A stretch of 64,000 nt of DNA, taken from an uncultured Christensenellaceae bacterium (lineage in GTDB: Bacteria; Bacillota; Clostridia; Christensenellales; SZUA-584). The stretch is taken from contig CAYTUG010000005.1 of NCBI GenBank assembly GCA_964441275.1, positions 8,791 through 72,790 of the forward strand. Reading direction: 5' to 3'. The notes below the pieces were generated by a model, which was not told where the DNA came from, did no database searches, and worked only from the letters and a program-made list of their open reading frames with translations. Shown piece after piece: positions 27,520 through 37,515 of the stretch (position 1 is the stretch's first letter; the number at the start of each line of letters is the position of its first letter). The translations under genes and the position numbers were made by a program.

Positions 27520-29655
27520 ATGATTTTTAAAAAGAAGCGTATCGGCAGAAAAAGAATTCGTTTCTTGAGCAACATTAAACTTGCGCCCAAACTTTTGATG
27601 GGTTTTCTTTTCATTGCTTTTTTAGGTACGGTAATGGGGTTATATTCGCTCGCCAATTTGCGTTCGGTAAGCGACTCGTCAAGCAAGCTCTACACCGATA
27701 TATTGCTGCCGTTAGAGACGATATCTGATTTTCAGGAACGATTTCAAACTATAGGTAATTCGTTTAGACAGATGCTGCTTAATGCGGATAAGGGTGTGGA
27801 TCATTCAAATTTCAAAGCGGTAGAAGCCGGCTTAGCTGAAACGACATCACGGATTAGCATAGTAGAGGCGCTGATGTCGAAAGAAGTTGCAGAACAGGTG
27901 GAGGAATTTAAAAGCCTATATGAAGAATACCATACCGTAATGAGCGATGCTGTTGAAAAATGCAAACAAGGAAATATTGAGCAGGTTATTGATAACCTTT
28001 TGAGCCATAGCGATTTGCGAACAAAAGAAGAAAATATGAAAAATTCGATAATTAATTTAAAACTTGCGATAACAAGCAATGCCTCTACCATAAACAGTAA
28101 AAATACTGCAACCGCAGAAAGTGTTATGTCTATAACCATAATTCTCGTATGCGTTGTTTTGGCATTGTCAATATTAATCGGTATATTGACTTCCCGCAAT
28201 ATTAGCAAACCGATAAGGCGCTTAACAAACAATGCCAAATTGCTTGCTTCAGGTGAAACCGCTATAACGCTTACGGCAATAACAGCAAAGGACGAAGTAG
28301 GGCAAATGGAAGAATCTTTCCGAACCATCCTATCTTCTATCAGATACTTGATAGAAGACACGAAAATGCTGATAAAAGCCGCAGTAGAAGGGACGCTTTT
28401 AACAAGGGCAAATGCCAGCAATCATGACGGCGCATATAGGGAAATTGTAGAAGGTATTAATGAAACGCTTGATGCCATGGTTGCGCCAATCCAGGAAGCA
28501 GCACGGGTTTTAGGCGAACTTTCCGCAGGGAACTTGAATCTGATAATGGAAGGAAACTTTAAAGGAGACTTTGCAATTGTTAAGGATGCTTTAAACGGTA
28601 CTATAAAGTCAATTAAAGGGTATATAGATGAAATAACTGATGTAATGGATTCCGTGGCGCAAAGCAACCTTGATGTAGGAATTAAATCCGAATTCGACGG
28701 TGATTTTATTGCATTAAAAATATCGATTAATAAGAGTATAAGTGCATTTAATGGTGTGTTAAAGAATATAAACCTTGCGGCAGAGGAAGTTGCGCAAGGG
28801 GCGGCGCAATTATCTTCGGGCAGTCAGGTTATTTCAAAAGGCGCATTAGAGCAAATGGTTGCGCTTGAACAGCTTGTCATGTCTGTAACAGAAATATCGG
28901 GACAAACTCAAAACAATGCGCAAAGCGCGGATGAAGCTAATCTATTGTCATTAGCGGCAAAATCCGATGCCGAGATAGGCGATAAAAAGATGAATGAGCT
29001 TCAGAAAGCCATGGAAGAGATAGAAATATCTTCTGCAAGCATATCGAAAATAATAAAGGTAATCGATGACATTGCATTCCAGACAAACATTTTGTCATTG
29101 AATGCCGCCGTTGAGGCCGCAAGGGCAGGAGTTCACGGCAAAGGCTTTGCGGTTGTAGCCGAAGAAGTGCGAAACCTTGCCGCCCGTAGCGCTAAGGCGG
29201 CCAGAGAGACAACTGCGTTGATCGAAAACTGTACGGTCAAAACAGCCGCGGGTACGGCGATTGCGAACGAAACCGCCGCCGCATTGGCAAATATTATGGA
29301 TGGGGTTGATAAAACAGTTGTCATTTCGGGCAGAATTGCGTCCGCATCGAATGAACAGTCGGCGGGAATTGTTCAGGTGAACAAGGGTATTGAACAGCTT
29401 TCGCATGTTATCCGGGAAAGCTCAGCAACTGCGCAGCAAGCGGCTGCTTCTTCACAAGAGCTTGCAACGCAGGCAGAACGACTAAAAGAGATGGTCAGAC
29501 GGTTTGAGCTTAAACAAGATGCTGATATTGAAGAAAATATTAGCGTGCAAAATCTTGGGTTTGATGAAAAACCGAATGAGGATTTTCTTTGTGCTAAAGG
29601 CGAAAATGGGGGTTCCGATGTGGTTTCGGACGATAACGGGTTTGGCAAGTACTAA
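27520..29655 (+). CDS. Methyl-accepting chemotaxis protein (two TM helices, HAMP repeats, MCP signalling domain)
   Basis: ...[41 protein letters not shown] is the highly conserved MCP hairpin tip. I prefer ATG 27520 (GAAGGA 9 nt upstream) over the ORF-track ATG 27499. The protein ends in ...GFGKY. Confidence 0.9.
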   Translation: MIFKKKRIGRKRIRFLSNIKLAPKLLMGFLFIAFLGTVMGLYSLANLRSVSDSSSKLYTDILLPLETISDFQERFQTIGNSFRQMLLNADKGVDHSNFKAVEAGLAETTSRISIVEALMSKEVAEQVEEFKSLYEEYHTVMSDAVEKCKQGNIEQVIDNLLSHSDLRTKEENMKNSIINLKLAITSNASTINSKNTATAESVMSITIILVCVVLALSILIGILTSRNISKPIRRLTNNAKLLASGETAITLTAITAKDEVGQMEESFRTILSSIRYLIEDTKMLIKAAVEGTLLTRANASNHDGAYREIVEGINETLDAMVAPIQEAARVLGELSAGNLNLIMEGNFKGDFAIVKDALNGTIKSIKGYIDEITDVMDSVAQSNLDVGIKSEFDGDFIALKISINKSISAFNGVLKNINLAAEEVAQGAAQLSSGSQVISKGALEQMVALEQLVMSVTEISGQTQNNAQSADEANLLSLAAKSDAEIGDKKMNELQKAMEEIEISSASISKIIKVIDDIAFQTNILSLNAAVEAARAGVHGKGFAVVAEEVRNLAARSAKAARETTALIENCTVKTAAGTAIANETAAALANIMDGVDKTVVISGRIASASNEQSAGIVQVNKGIEQLSHVIRESSATAQQAAASSQELATQAERLKEMVRRFELKQDADIEENISVQNLGFDEKPNEDFLCAKGENGGSDVVSDDNGFGKY

Positions 29656-30075
29656 ATTTATTAAAACTTAACAAGCCTGTAATGACGGATAAAAACAAAT
29701 GCCAGAGTGCAATAATTTAAGCGCATATCCGGTATTTGTTGTTTTTTATGTAGTTGTGGCATAAAAAGTTTAGTACGCAAGGCGGCAAAAGCTTAGAAGT
29801 TTTTTTATGGATAAATCAAAAAGGTTGTTTATGCCGCTTTGTTATAAGATTGACAACTGCAGACAAATAATTTAGCATTTAGTGCAGAGTTCGTTTACTG
29901 TAGCATTAACGATTATAAATGCTATGACGCGTATATGATTAAGGTTGCTGACAACGAAGTAAGAGTATGCAAATCGATATAAAACTTTGATGTGTGAAAA
30001 AACATTGGCGCCAATGATATAAAACGCAACATAGGGTTAATCATGTACAACAAGCCAGCGAAACGAGGGAAGAAA

Positions 30076-31038
30076 ATGAATTTTTTCAGCATAGGCGAAG
30101 CTTTAATTGATATGATACCCAATAAAAGCGGGGTATTGTTGAAAGAGGTTACCTCCTTTACACGAACCGCCGGGGGAGCGCCGGCGAATGTATGCGCATG
30201 TGTTGCCAAGCAGGGTTTAAACGCACATTTTATAGGCAAACTTGGCGCCGATGCATTTGGAGATTTTCTTATCGATCAAATGATTAAAGCCGGCGTTGGC
30301 ACGGAACATGTTTTTAGAACTTCCAAAGCAAACACTGCTTTAGCTTTTGTTTCTTTAAAAGCCGACGGTGACCGTGATTTTTCCTTTTACAGAAATCCCG
30401 GGGCCGATATGTTGTTAGACAAGAACGAAATCGACAAGAGTTGGTTTAACAAAGGTGACTTTCTGCATTTTTGCAGTTTAGGGTTAGTTGAATCGCCTGC
30501 CAAATATGCACATAAAAAAGCTGTCAAACTTGTAAAAAATAAAGGCGGCACTGTAGTTTTCGACCCGAATTTGAGATTGCCTTTGTGGAATAACATGAGC
30601 GAGCTAAAAAATGTAGTTTTGGAGTATATTAAGTATTCGGATATTGTAAAAATTAGCGATAATGAAATAGAATTTCTGTTTGGCACAACCGATGTTACAC
30701 AAGCTGCAAACAGCGTGCTTAGCATGGGGGCAAAGGCTTTCGTGCTTACGTCGGGCAGCGGGGGAGCAAGGCTGGTAACAAAGGCAGTTGATGTGTTTTG
30801 TCCTGCTTTTGGCGTTAAAGCGATAGATTCCACCGGCGCAGGGGATGCGTTTAACGGAGGTTTGATTTCTTTTATGATAAAGAACAACCTAAATATAGGC
30901 ATGGTGAGCGGGAAAATGGCGTATGAGATGTTGCAATACGCAAATGCGTGCGGCGCAATTTTAGTAACTAAACATGGCACAATTGAGTCTATGCCGAGCG
31001 AAAAGCAAGTGCGCCAATTTTTAGCCGATAACAAATAA
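30076..31038 (+). CDS. PfkB-family carbohydrate kinase (fructokinase-like)
   Basis: MNFFSIGEALIDMIP...GGAPANV... and C-terminal DSTGAGDAFNGG motif. ATG 30076 is preceded by GAGGGAAG. The ORF track starts at 30043. Confidence 0.8.
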   Translation: MNFFSIGEALIDMIPNKSGVLLKEVTSFTRTAGGAPANVCACVAKQGLNAHFIGKLGADAFGDFLIDQMIKAGVGTEHVFRTSKANTALAFVSLKADGDRDFSFYRNPGADMLLDKNEIDKSWFNKGDFLHFCSLGLVESPAKYAHKKAVKLVKNKGGTVVFDPNLRLPLWNNMSELKNVVLEYIKYSDIVKISDNEIEFLFGTTDVTQAANSVLSMGAKAFVLTSGSGGARLVTKAVDVFCPAFGVKAIDSTGAGDAFNGGLISFMIKNNLNIGMVSGKMAYEMLQYANACGAILVTKHGTIESMPSEKQVRQFLADNK

Positions 31039-31069
31039 CGATACAAGTATTTCCATTTTAATTTTCTTG

Positions 31070-31093
31070 CACCCTGACAAGGGTGTTTTTTTT
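31070..31093 (+). terminator. Rho-independent terminator of the kinase gene
   Basis: CACCCT-GACA-AGGGTG hairpin followed by T8. Confidence 0.85.
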
Positions 31094-31136
31094 CTTGATT
31101 AGCAGAAATGATATAAAATGAATATGATAATTTATA

Positions 31137-32168
31137 ATGAGATGGATGCTTTTAATAATCGGAAATACAATTGAAATATGTGCAGCAGCAGGAAAGCAAA
31201 ATGACAACGTAAGCGGTGATAATTGGTGGATGTATCTTTTGATTGCGTGTGCCGCGATTTTTATTTTGCTTTGCATTGCTAATTTTACAAAGCTTATTAA
31301 ATGGTCAATAAAGCTTAGAAGCGGATTGAAGACAACAATAGCCGGTAAAAATGCAAACGCAAAAGAAGTTGATGAGCTAAACAGACTTATCGAGAAATCC
31401 GGATTTGCCTACGATAAGAATCACGATATATTCTATTCGAAAATTGACGCATGGCAAAGAAAGTTTGGATATTGCAGGCTATACGATGAAATGTGCGCCG
31501 TTTTAGGAATGGTTATCGACTGTGAGCCGATATATTTTGAATATGATAACAAACGGTGGCTCATTGAGCTTTGGAAAGGGCAATACGGAATGACAACGGG
31601 CGGCGAGGTGGGCGTCTACAATACAAACGCTCCGGATATCAATCTGCCCGGGATTTTTAACGGCACGTTCTATGACTGCGCGGATGACAATAACCTACTC
31701 TATATATCGGTTACGCTAATCAAGAATAACAGAAAGATAATGGAAAGAAAAGCAAAGCATTGGTGGCTCTGCGGTTTTATATTGGGAGAATTCTCCGATA
31801 CATCGGAGTTAAAAATGTTTGTTAGGATTGGTTTTCCAAACATTGAAATGCGCGACAGGTTTGTAAAAGCCATTATTGAGTTGGGGTATGCAGAGTTTGG
31901 GGTTTATCAAAATACGGTAAACATGTTATTTGACAAGCCGCTGACTGCTCAGCCGCTTATGCGTATAAAAGAGCTTGAACGCATAACCCAAGAGAAAAAT
32001 AAATATTTATGCGATGAATTTAAAAGGCTGACGAGCGGATACAATGGGTTGCCGCAAAAGCTTAAAGCTGTTAGGGAACAGTCGCCGAAACTGTATAAGG
32101 CAATAGCTTTAGGCAAACCCAATAACGTTTTTAAAAAGCATGAAAGATTAATAAAAAGAGTAAAATGA
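31137..32168 (+). CDS. DUF4474-like membrane-anchored protein of unknown function
   Basis: One N-terminal TM helix (YLLIACAAIFILLCIANF), then ...FAYDKNHDIFYSKIDAWQRKFGYCRLYDE...RWLIELWKGQYGMTTGGEVGVY. I recognise this as the DUF4474 core from memory. The start is uncertain; ATG 31230 is an alternative. Confidence 0.55.
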   Translation: MRWMLLIIGNTIEICAAAGKQNDNVSGDNWWMYLLIACAAIFILLCIANFTKLIKWSIKLRSGLKTTIAGKNANAKEVDELNRLIEKSGFAYDKNHDIFYSKIDAWQRKFGYCRLYDEMCAVLGMVIDCEPIYFEYDNKRWLIELWKGQYGMTTGGEVGVYNTNAPDINLPGIFNGTFYDCADDNNLLYISVTLIKNNRKIMERKAKHWWLCGFILGEFSDTSELKMFVRIGFPNIEMRDRFVKAIIELGYAEFGVYQNTVNMLFDKPLTAQPLMRIKELERITQEKNKYLCDEFKRLTSGYNGLPQKLKAVREQSPKLYKAIALGKPNNVFKKHERLIKRVK

Positions 32169-32178
32169 GGGGAAACAA

Positions 32179-33078
32179 GTGTATGGAATAAGGCGTATAT
32201 CGTCTTTGTACCAAAAAGCAAACAGGGTTGTTATGGACAACAATTCGAAAATTGTACTGATGAGCGATTGCCACCGGGGCGACGGAAGCCATGCGGATAC
32301 TTTTCTGAAAAATAAGAATATTTATTTTGCAGCTTTAACGCAATACTTTCAAGAAGGCTATATTTATATCGAGCTTGGCGACGGTGACGAGCTTTGGGAG
32401 AATAAGGATATTAGCGATATAATATATGTGCACAAAGACGTATACGCATTGTTGTTTAAATTCTACCAGAAAAAAAGATTGTATATGCTGTTTGGCAACC
32501 ATGACATTATCAAACGTAAAAGCAAATATAACGAGCGCAACCTGTTTGAATACTTCGATATGCGCAAATCAATAAGATTACCTCTTTTTCCGCAGATTAA
32601 GATTTATGAAGGGTTGGTGTTGGTTCACAAGATAACGGCAAACGAGATATTTCTTTTGCACGGGCATCAGGCGGATTTTTTTAACGGCTGTCTTTGGAGG
32701 TTGGCAAGAATGCTTGTGAGGTATTTTTGGAGGCCATTGGAGCTTTTCGGGGTTAACGACCCGACGAGCACCGCGAAAAACTACAAGAGAAAAAAGAGCG
32801 TGGAAGAGAGAATTAAAAGGTGGACGGAAAACAAAGAGCTGATTGTTGTTGCGGGGCATACGCACAGGCCGATGTTCCCGAATGCAAAAGAGGCGCGGTA
32901 TTTTAACGACGGTAGCTGCGTACATCCGCGCTGCATAACGGCAATTGAGATAAACAAGGGGAATATTGAGCTCGTCAAATGGAGCATTAAGACAAAGTTA
33001 GACGGAACCTTATACATTGGCAAGGATACGTTGGCGGGGCCGGCAAGATTAGCGGATTATTATAATAATGCTAATTAA
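32179..33078 (+). CDS. Calcineurin-like metallophosphoesterase
   Basis: Motifs SDCHRGDG, GDGDELWE, GNHD, GHQAD, GHTHRP. GTG start with GAGGGG 7 nt upstream, 10 nt after the DUF4474-like stop. Confidence 0.8.
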   Translation: MYGIRRISSLYQKANRVVMDNNSKIVLMSDCHRGDGSHADTFLKNKNIYFAALTQYFQEGYIYIELGDGDELWENKDISDIIYVHKDVYALLFKFYQKKRLYMLFGNHDIIKRKSKYNERNLFEYFDMRKSIRLPLFPQIKIYEGLVLVHKITANEIFLLHGHQADFFNGCLWRLARMLVRYFWRPLELFGVNDPTSTAKNYKRKKSVEERIKRWTENKELIVVAGHTHRPMFPNAKEARYFNDGSCVHPRCITAIEINKGNIELVKWSIKTKLDGTLYIGKDTLAGPARLADYYNNAN

Positions 33079-33412
33079 AATATAAAAAAAGCAAACCCAA
33101 GCCGTACCGGAATAACATTCCAAAATTTGCCGGCGGCAAGCGGCAAAAAGACAGAATTGATTGAAAAACTTTTTTTAATTCATGTTAATTATGAAGGATT
33201 TTTTGCACAGTCTTGCATACATGATAGAAAACACATTATTTTTGTAACCATACGAAGTATAACAGAATAAGCTATTATCGTGAATATACTCATCAAATAG
33301 GCATATTTGCACAAAAATCATTAAAAACTAATGTATAAATGCTTTACTATTTTGAAAGATTAGTATATGCTAATGGCAATTCAATTTTCAAAAATTGCGA
33401 AAGGTAATGATT

Positions 33413-35209
33413 ATGACTAAACACAAAAGACTGCTTAAATGGATACAAGAAGTTAAAGATTTATGTCAACCGGACAGAGTATACTGGTGCGACGGCTCGG
33501 AAGAAGAAAACGAGCGCCATCTTCGTGAAACGGTGAAAAGCGGCGCTTCAATACAGCTGGATTCGGAAAAACTGCCCGGGTGTTACCTGTTTAGGAGCGA
33601 TCCTTCCGATGTGGCGCGCGTTGAGGACAGAACATACATATCATCAAAAACGCAGGACGCGGCAGGTTTAACTAATAACTGGATTGATCCTAAGGAGCTA
33701 AAACAGACCATGTCGCAGCTCTACAAGGGGTGCATGCGCGGGCGGACTATGTATGTTATTCCGTTCTCGATGGGGCCTATAGGCTCGCCGATATCGAAAA
33801 TTGGCATAGAGGTTACCGACAGCCTTTATGTTGTGACAAACATGCGCATTATGACTAGAATGGGCAAACAGGTTCTTGATTGCCTCGGTGATGACGGAAA
33901 GTTTGTTCCATGTTTACACTCAATCGGAGCTCCTCTTGAAAAGGGGCAGAAAGATGTAAGCTGGCCTTGCGCGCCGATGGAGAAAAAGTATATCAGTCAC
34001 TTTCCGGAAGAGCGTTTGATATGGTCTTACGGCTCCGGCTACGGCGGCAACGCTTTGTTGGGCAAGAAATGTTTTGCGTTAAGAATAGCATCAGTTATGG
34101 CGAGAGACGAAGGATGGCTTGCGGAGCATATGCTGATACTGCGCTTGACCGACCCGGAAGGCAACAAAAAATATATAACCGGGGCTTTTCCGAGCGCATG
34201 CGGAAAGACGAACTTGGCTATGCTTATACCCACTATTCCGGGGTGGAAGGTTGAAACAATCGGGGATGATATAGCATGGATGAAATTTGGAGAGGACGGA
34301 CGCTTGTATGCCATAAACCCCGAATACGGTTTCTTCGGGGTTGCACCGGGAACATCCGACGATTCTAACCCTAACGCCATGCAAACGATAAACCGCAACA
34401 CCATTTATACAAATGTGGCTCTAACGGACGATAACGATGTATGGTGGGAAGGTATAGGCAAAGATGCGCCCGAACACTTGATAGACTGGAAAGGGAACGA
34501 TTGGACGCCGAAAAGCAGCGAAAAGGCGGCGCACCCAAATGCGCGATTTACCGCTCCTGCGGCACAGTGTCCCGTTATTGCCCCGGAATGGGAAGACCCG
34601 GCGGGGGTACCTATTTCGGCGATACTTATTGGCGGACGCCGTCCGCACACCATACCGCTGGTGCACGAGAGTTTCGATTGGAATCATGGGGTTTTTGTGG
34701 GCTCGATAATGGGTTCGGAGATAACCGCAGCTACAATTTCTTCAAAAATCGGTCAAGTGCGCAGAGATCCATTTGCGATGCTGCCTTTTTGCGGGTATAA
34801 CATATGTGACTATTTGCAACACTGGCTCAATATCGGCAGTAAAGCGGACGCCGATAAACTGCCAAAAATCTTTTACGTTAACTGGTTTAAGAAAGACGAC
34901 AAAGGCAATTGGCTATGGCCCGGTTTTGGAGAGAACAGCCGCGTGTTAAAGTGGATTTTTGAACGGGTATCTGGAGTTGGGAAGGCAGTCGCCACGCCGA
35001 TTGGATTTATGCCAACTAAAGATGCGCTTTATTTAGAAGGGCTTGATGTAAGCGAAGCGAATGTGCAAGAATTGCTAAAGGTTGATAAGAACGAATGGAC
35101 GGAAGAGATTGAATCGATAAAACAGCATTATGCGCAATTCGGCGATAGGATGCCGCAAGAACTTAAAAATCAACTAAACGCGTTGGAAGAACGTATTAAA
35201 AACTTGTAA
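33413..35209 (+). CDS. pckG: Phosphoenolpyruvate carboxykinase (GTP)
   Basis: ...[15 protein letters not shown] (kinase-1a), ...GDDIAWM..., ...NARFT.P. About 598 aa. ATG 33413 is preceded by GAAAGG. The ORF track starts at TTG 33395. Confidence 0.9.
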   Translation: MTKHKRLLKWIQEVKDLCQPDRVYWCDGSEEENERHLRETVKSGASIQLDSEKLPGCYLFRSDPSDVARVEDRTYISSKTQDAAGLTNNWIDPKELKQTMSQLYKGCMRGRTMYVIPFSMGPIGSPISKIGIEVTDSLYVVTNMRIMTRMGKQVLDCLGDDGKFVPCLHSIGAPLEKGQKDVSWPCAPMEKKYISHFPEERLIWSYGSGYGGNALLGKKCFALRIASVMARDEGWLAEHMLILRLTDPEGNKKYITGAFPSACGKTNLAMLIPTIPGWKVETIGDDIAWMKFGEDGRLYAINPEYGFFGVAPGTSDDSNPNAMQTINRNTIYTNVALTDDNDVWWEGIGKDAPEHLIDWKGNDWTPKSSEKAAHPNARFTAPAAQCPVIAPEWEDPAGVPISAILIGGRRPHTIPLVHESFDWNHGVFVGSIMGSEITAATISSKIGQVRRDPFAMLPFCGYNICDYLQHWLNIGSKADADKLPKIFYVNWFKKDDKGNWLWPGFGENSRVLKWIFERVSGVGKAVATPIGFMPTKDALYLEGLDVSEANVQELLKVDKNEWTEEIESIKQHYAQFGDRMPQELKNQLNALEERIKNL

Positions 35210-35256
35210 GAGCAATTGCAGTAAAACAGGGCACTTTGTGTCCTGTCATTAACCTG

Positions 35257-35280
35257 AGCCCGCAGTTTGTGGGCTTTTCT
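35257..35280 (+). terminator. Rho-independent terminator after pckG
   Basis: AGCCC-GCAGTTTGT-GGGCT followed by TTTTCT. A second hairpin without a U-tract lies at 35226-35246. Confidence 0.7.
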
Positions 35281-35339
35281 GTATCTTATTAAGCCATGTT
35301 TTCACTTTCTTCTAACCGCAGTTTCCAGAAATTCTTAAA

Positions 35340-35709
35340 ACCGGCATACCAAACGGTGGCCGCATCCGTTATTTTGATATCCTGCCGGCGTTGCGCCTTG
35401 CACCTAGCGGGAAGGGAGTTACAAGAGCGTGTGGCGGTGTACCAACCGGCTGGAATCCACCTGATTATGCGGACATTCGCCCGCATTGAGAAAACCACAC
35501 TACATGACGCGCTGTTGTGGGCGATCAATCAGGTGTTGGAGCAAGATGAGCTGATAGAAGCTGATGTAGAACAAAGCTTGGCGAAGCCCATTGCCAAACA
35601 GGAAAGCGCGGACGATGAGGCTATGTTAGAGAATAGGCTCTCAAAGCTTGATGAGGATTTCATGCTACAGGGAATGCGGAAAAACAAAATCAGGAGTTCA
35701 TCCGGATAG
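35340..35709 (+). pseudogene. C-terminal remnant of a large serine recombinase (frameshifted, 5'-truncated)
   Basis: Across two frames it reads ...GSYKSVWRCTNRLES... then ...ARIEKTTLHDALLWAINQVLEQDELIE...LENRLSKLDEDF... This resembles the zinc-ribbon (vW.C.nR) and coiled-coil tail of clostridial large serine recombinases. No catalytic N-terminal domain lies upstream; the pckG terminator is there instead. Confidence 0.4.
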
Positions 35710-36258
35710 CTAAAGACAAAGATCGAACCAAAGATACCCTTAAACGGGTAAAAGACGTATTATGGTTTCAAAAAAGGCTTGCGCCAAATGCCGGTTTCGG
35801 GTATTATTTCATTAAATAATACGTCATCTAAGTATTCAAAGCATTACACCAGAATGAGATAGACTCATATTCACAAATTGTTTCGGTGGTGGGCTTTTAT
35901 GCTCCCCTGCCGGTGTGTATTGTTGTTTTGCCACTAAGGAAAGCGATAGTTTGCAAACCATTCGTGACGCTACGGCTTATCCCGCGTGTTTTACATAGAA
36001 GCAGGAGGCTGTAAAAGCGCAAATTATCGGGAACTTCGATTTCCTGCCCGAGACATTTATAGATAATACCAACGCCGTGCACAGGCTTTATTCGATGCAA
36101 CAAACAAGGCATGGGGAGAGTACTTTTGTTACAAAACTGACGTTGACAGCATAATAGACAAACCGAAAGACTACCTTGGAAAAACGGGGATGAAATCCGA
36201 TAATGCCGGGCATTCAATGCAATCGAAAGAACAAATAATTTTTAAGGGAGAGTTGGGT

Positions 36259-36732
36259 ATGACTACAAAAAAAGGAATCTTTTTAATGGGCGTAATACTG
36301 CTCATATCGGCGTTGCTTTGTGCTTGTCAAACGGAAGAAGAACTGCCGCGATGGTCTTTCGGCGTCAAGGGCGCACAAACCAAGGTGTTCTCAACTTTTG
36401 ATTATGCCAAGCTGGATAAAGCGAATATAACGGTGGAGAGGCAGCAGACAGACGGAAGCACCGCTTCGGATAAACTGCGGGGCGTTTATCTGAAGGACGT
36501 ACTTGACTATCTTGATGCAGCTGAATATTCTTCCATAACTTTGACCTCGCAAAACGGTTCTTCTGTTCAGTACACGCCGGAAATAATAGAAGATCCCGCC
36601 ACCCTGCTTGTATTTGAGGTGAACGGCGAGACGCAATGGGAAAACGGCGTTGAAATCGTACAGACAGTCGCAGGCGGCCAGCCGGAGGATATGTGGCTGC
36701 GGAATATTAAAACCCTGACGGTAAACCCCTAA
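36259..36732 (+). CDS. Small lipoprotein of unknown function (possibly a molybdopterin-oxidoreductase-like fold)
   Basis: MTTKKGIFLMGVILLISALLCAC lipobox. GGGAGAG RBS before ATG 36259. The ORF track starts at 36190. Confidence 0.6.
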   Translation: MTTKKGIFLMGVILLISALLCACQTEEELPRWSFGVKGAQTKVFSTFDYAKLDKANITVERQQTDGSTASDKLRGVYLKDVLDYLDAAEYSSITLTSQNGSSVQYTPEIIEDPATLLVFEVNGETQWENGVEIVQTVAGGQPEDMWLRNIKTLTVNP

Positions 36733-36840
36733 CACGCTATCCGGGCTTATTCCCCGCTTATAGTTGGATGCGGCAAATAAATTCATTTTCACAGCATAAA
36801 CTTGGCGGCAGCAATGGTTAGCTTATGCTCTGCGCCCTTT

Positions 36841-37236
36841 TTATATCTGCCGCAAAGCAGCGCTTCTTTTGCGGTGTATTGCAAGTATTATAAGCAGCGC
36901 CAGCAAAAGAACAAACCCGGCCGCGCAAAAAAGAATCCATGTCCACGGGCTTTCCGCCGGCGCCTTCTCTATGCTAACGATTTGGAACCTGCTGAACCGG
37001 CTGATATCGAAGCGAATATGGAAGGGCATATTGTCTGCGTATATTTCTGATATTGTACCATAATTGAGCATAAAAATAAGCATTCCTGCACCTTTATGCA
37101 AAAATGCAACATTTGTCGAAATCATAGTCATAAACCGCGGGTTGCAGTATAAATAATATGGTACATCATAAGACCGGAGTGTTACGGATGTCACAAAAAC
37201 GCCTTTTATGATTCCATGGATATACACATGTTCCAA
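36841..37236 (-). other. Questionable chimeric ORF spanning a repeat junction (the C-terminal TM segment may be a gene remnant)
   Basis: The C-terminal part (36841 to about 37085) encodes ...PWTWILFCAAGFVLLLALLIILAIHRKR (TM helix plus basic tail). The N-terminal part lies inside the IS-end-like repeat, and its DVPYYLYCNPRFMTMISTN segment recurs at 41.97-42.03 kb. Confidence 0.25.
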
Positions 37237-37391
37237 TTAATTTCTGATGTGTATTTTGAATGCAGACCTGAACCGGTTTTATCAGATTTGTAAGCGCCAT
37301 GTTTCGATGGGTTTCAAATATTTTGGAGGATTATGTATCATGTATTAGATAAATCAGGTTTTCGCTTTGGGCAATTAAACTTGCAATTTAG
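37085..37391 (+). repeat. IS30-end-like repeat, copy 1 (left flank of the adhesin-sortase cassette)
   Basis: Roughly 80% identical by eye to 41951-42154, apart from an insertion of about 105 nt. It ends in GGCAATTAAACTTGCAATTTA (37370-37390). Confidence 0.65.
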
Positions 37392-37515
37392 AAAAGTTGT
37401 AAACCATTTGTGAAAATTCTTGACTTAATCTACTTAATATAATATATGTTTAATAAATATAGCTATTTATAATATCATTAATTTACATAGAAATCTGACA
37501 TCACAGGAGACTTAA

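Noticed and set aside
27411-27686. 91-aa minus-strand ORF overlapping the MCP start.
   Set aside because: It is AT-rich, Ile/Leu/Tyr low-complexity, overlaps the MCP 5' end, and has no RBS.
27801-29648. Minus-strand ORFs antisense to the MCP gene (27801..28421, 28422..28667, 29095..29406, 29373..29648 and others).
   Set aside because: The plus-strand product has the invariant MCP hairpin-tip sequence. The antisense frames are open only because of the Ala/Glu-rich codon bias.
30387-31046. 219-aa minus-strand ORF.
   Set aside because: It is antisense to the PfkB kinase gene, which has both the N-terminal and the DSTGAGDAF motifs.
35897-36217. 106-aa minus-strand ORF in the junk region after the recombinase remnant.
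   Set aside because: It is a Cys/Leu/Arg-rich, non-protein-like translation with no RBS. The region looks like decayed DNA.
37393-37515. Possible c-di-GMP riboswitch upstream of the LPXTG adhesin, as known for some clostridial adhesins.
   Set aside because: Only about 125 nt of very AT-rich leader is available, and I could not find the conserved GEMM-type GC-rich helices or tetraloop-receptor elements.
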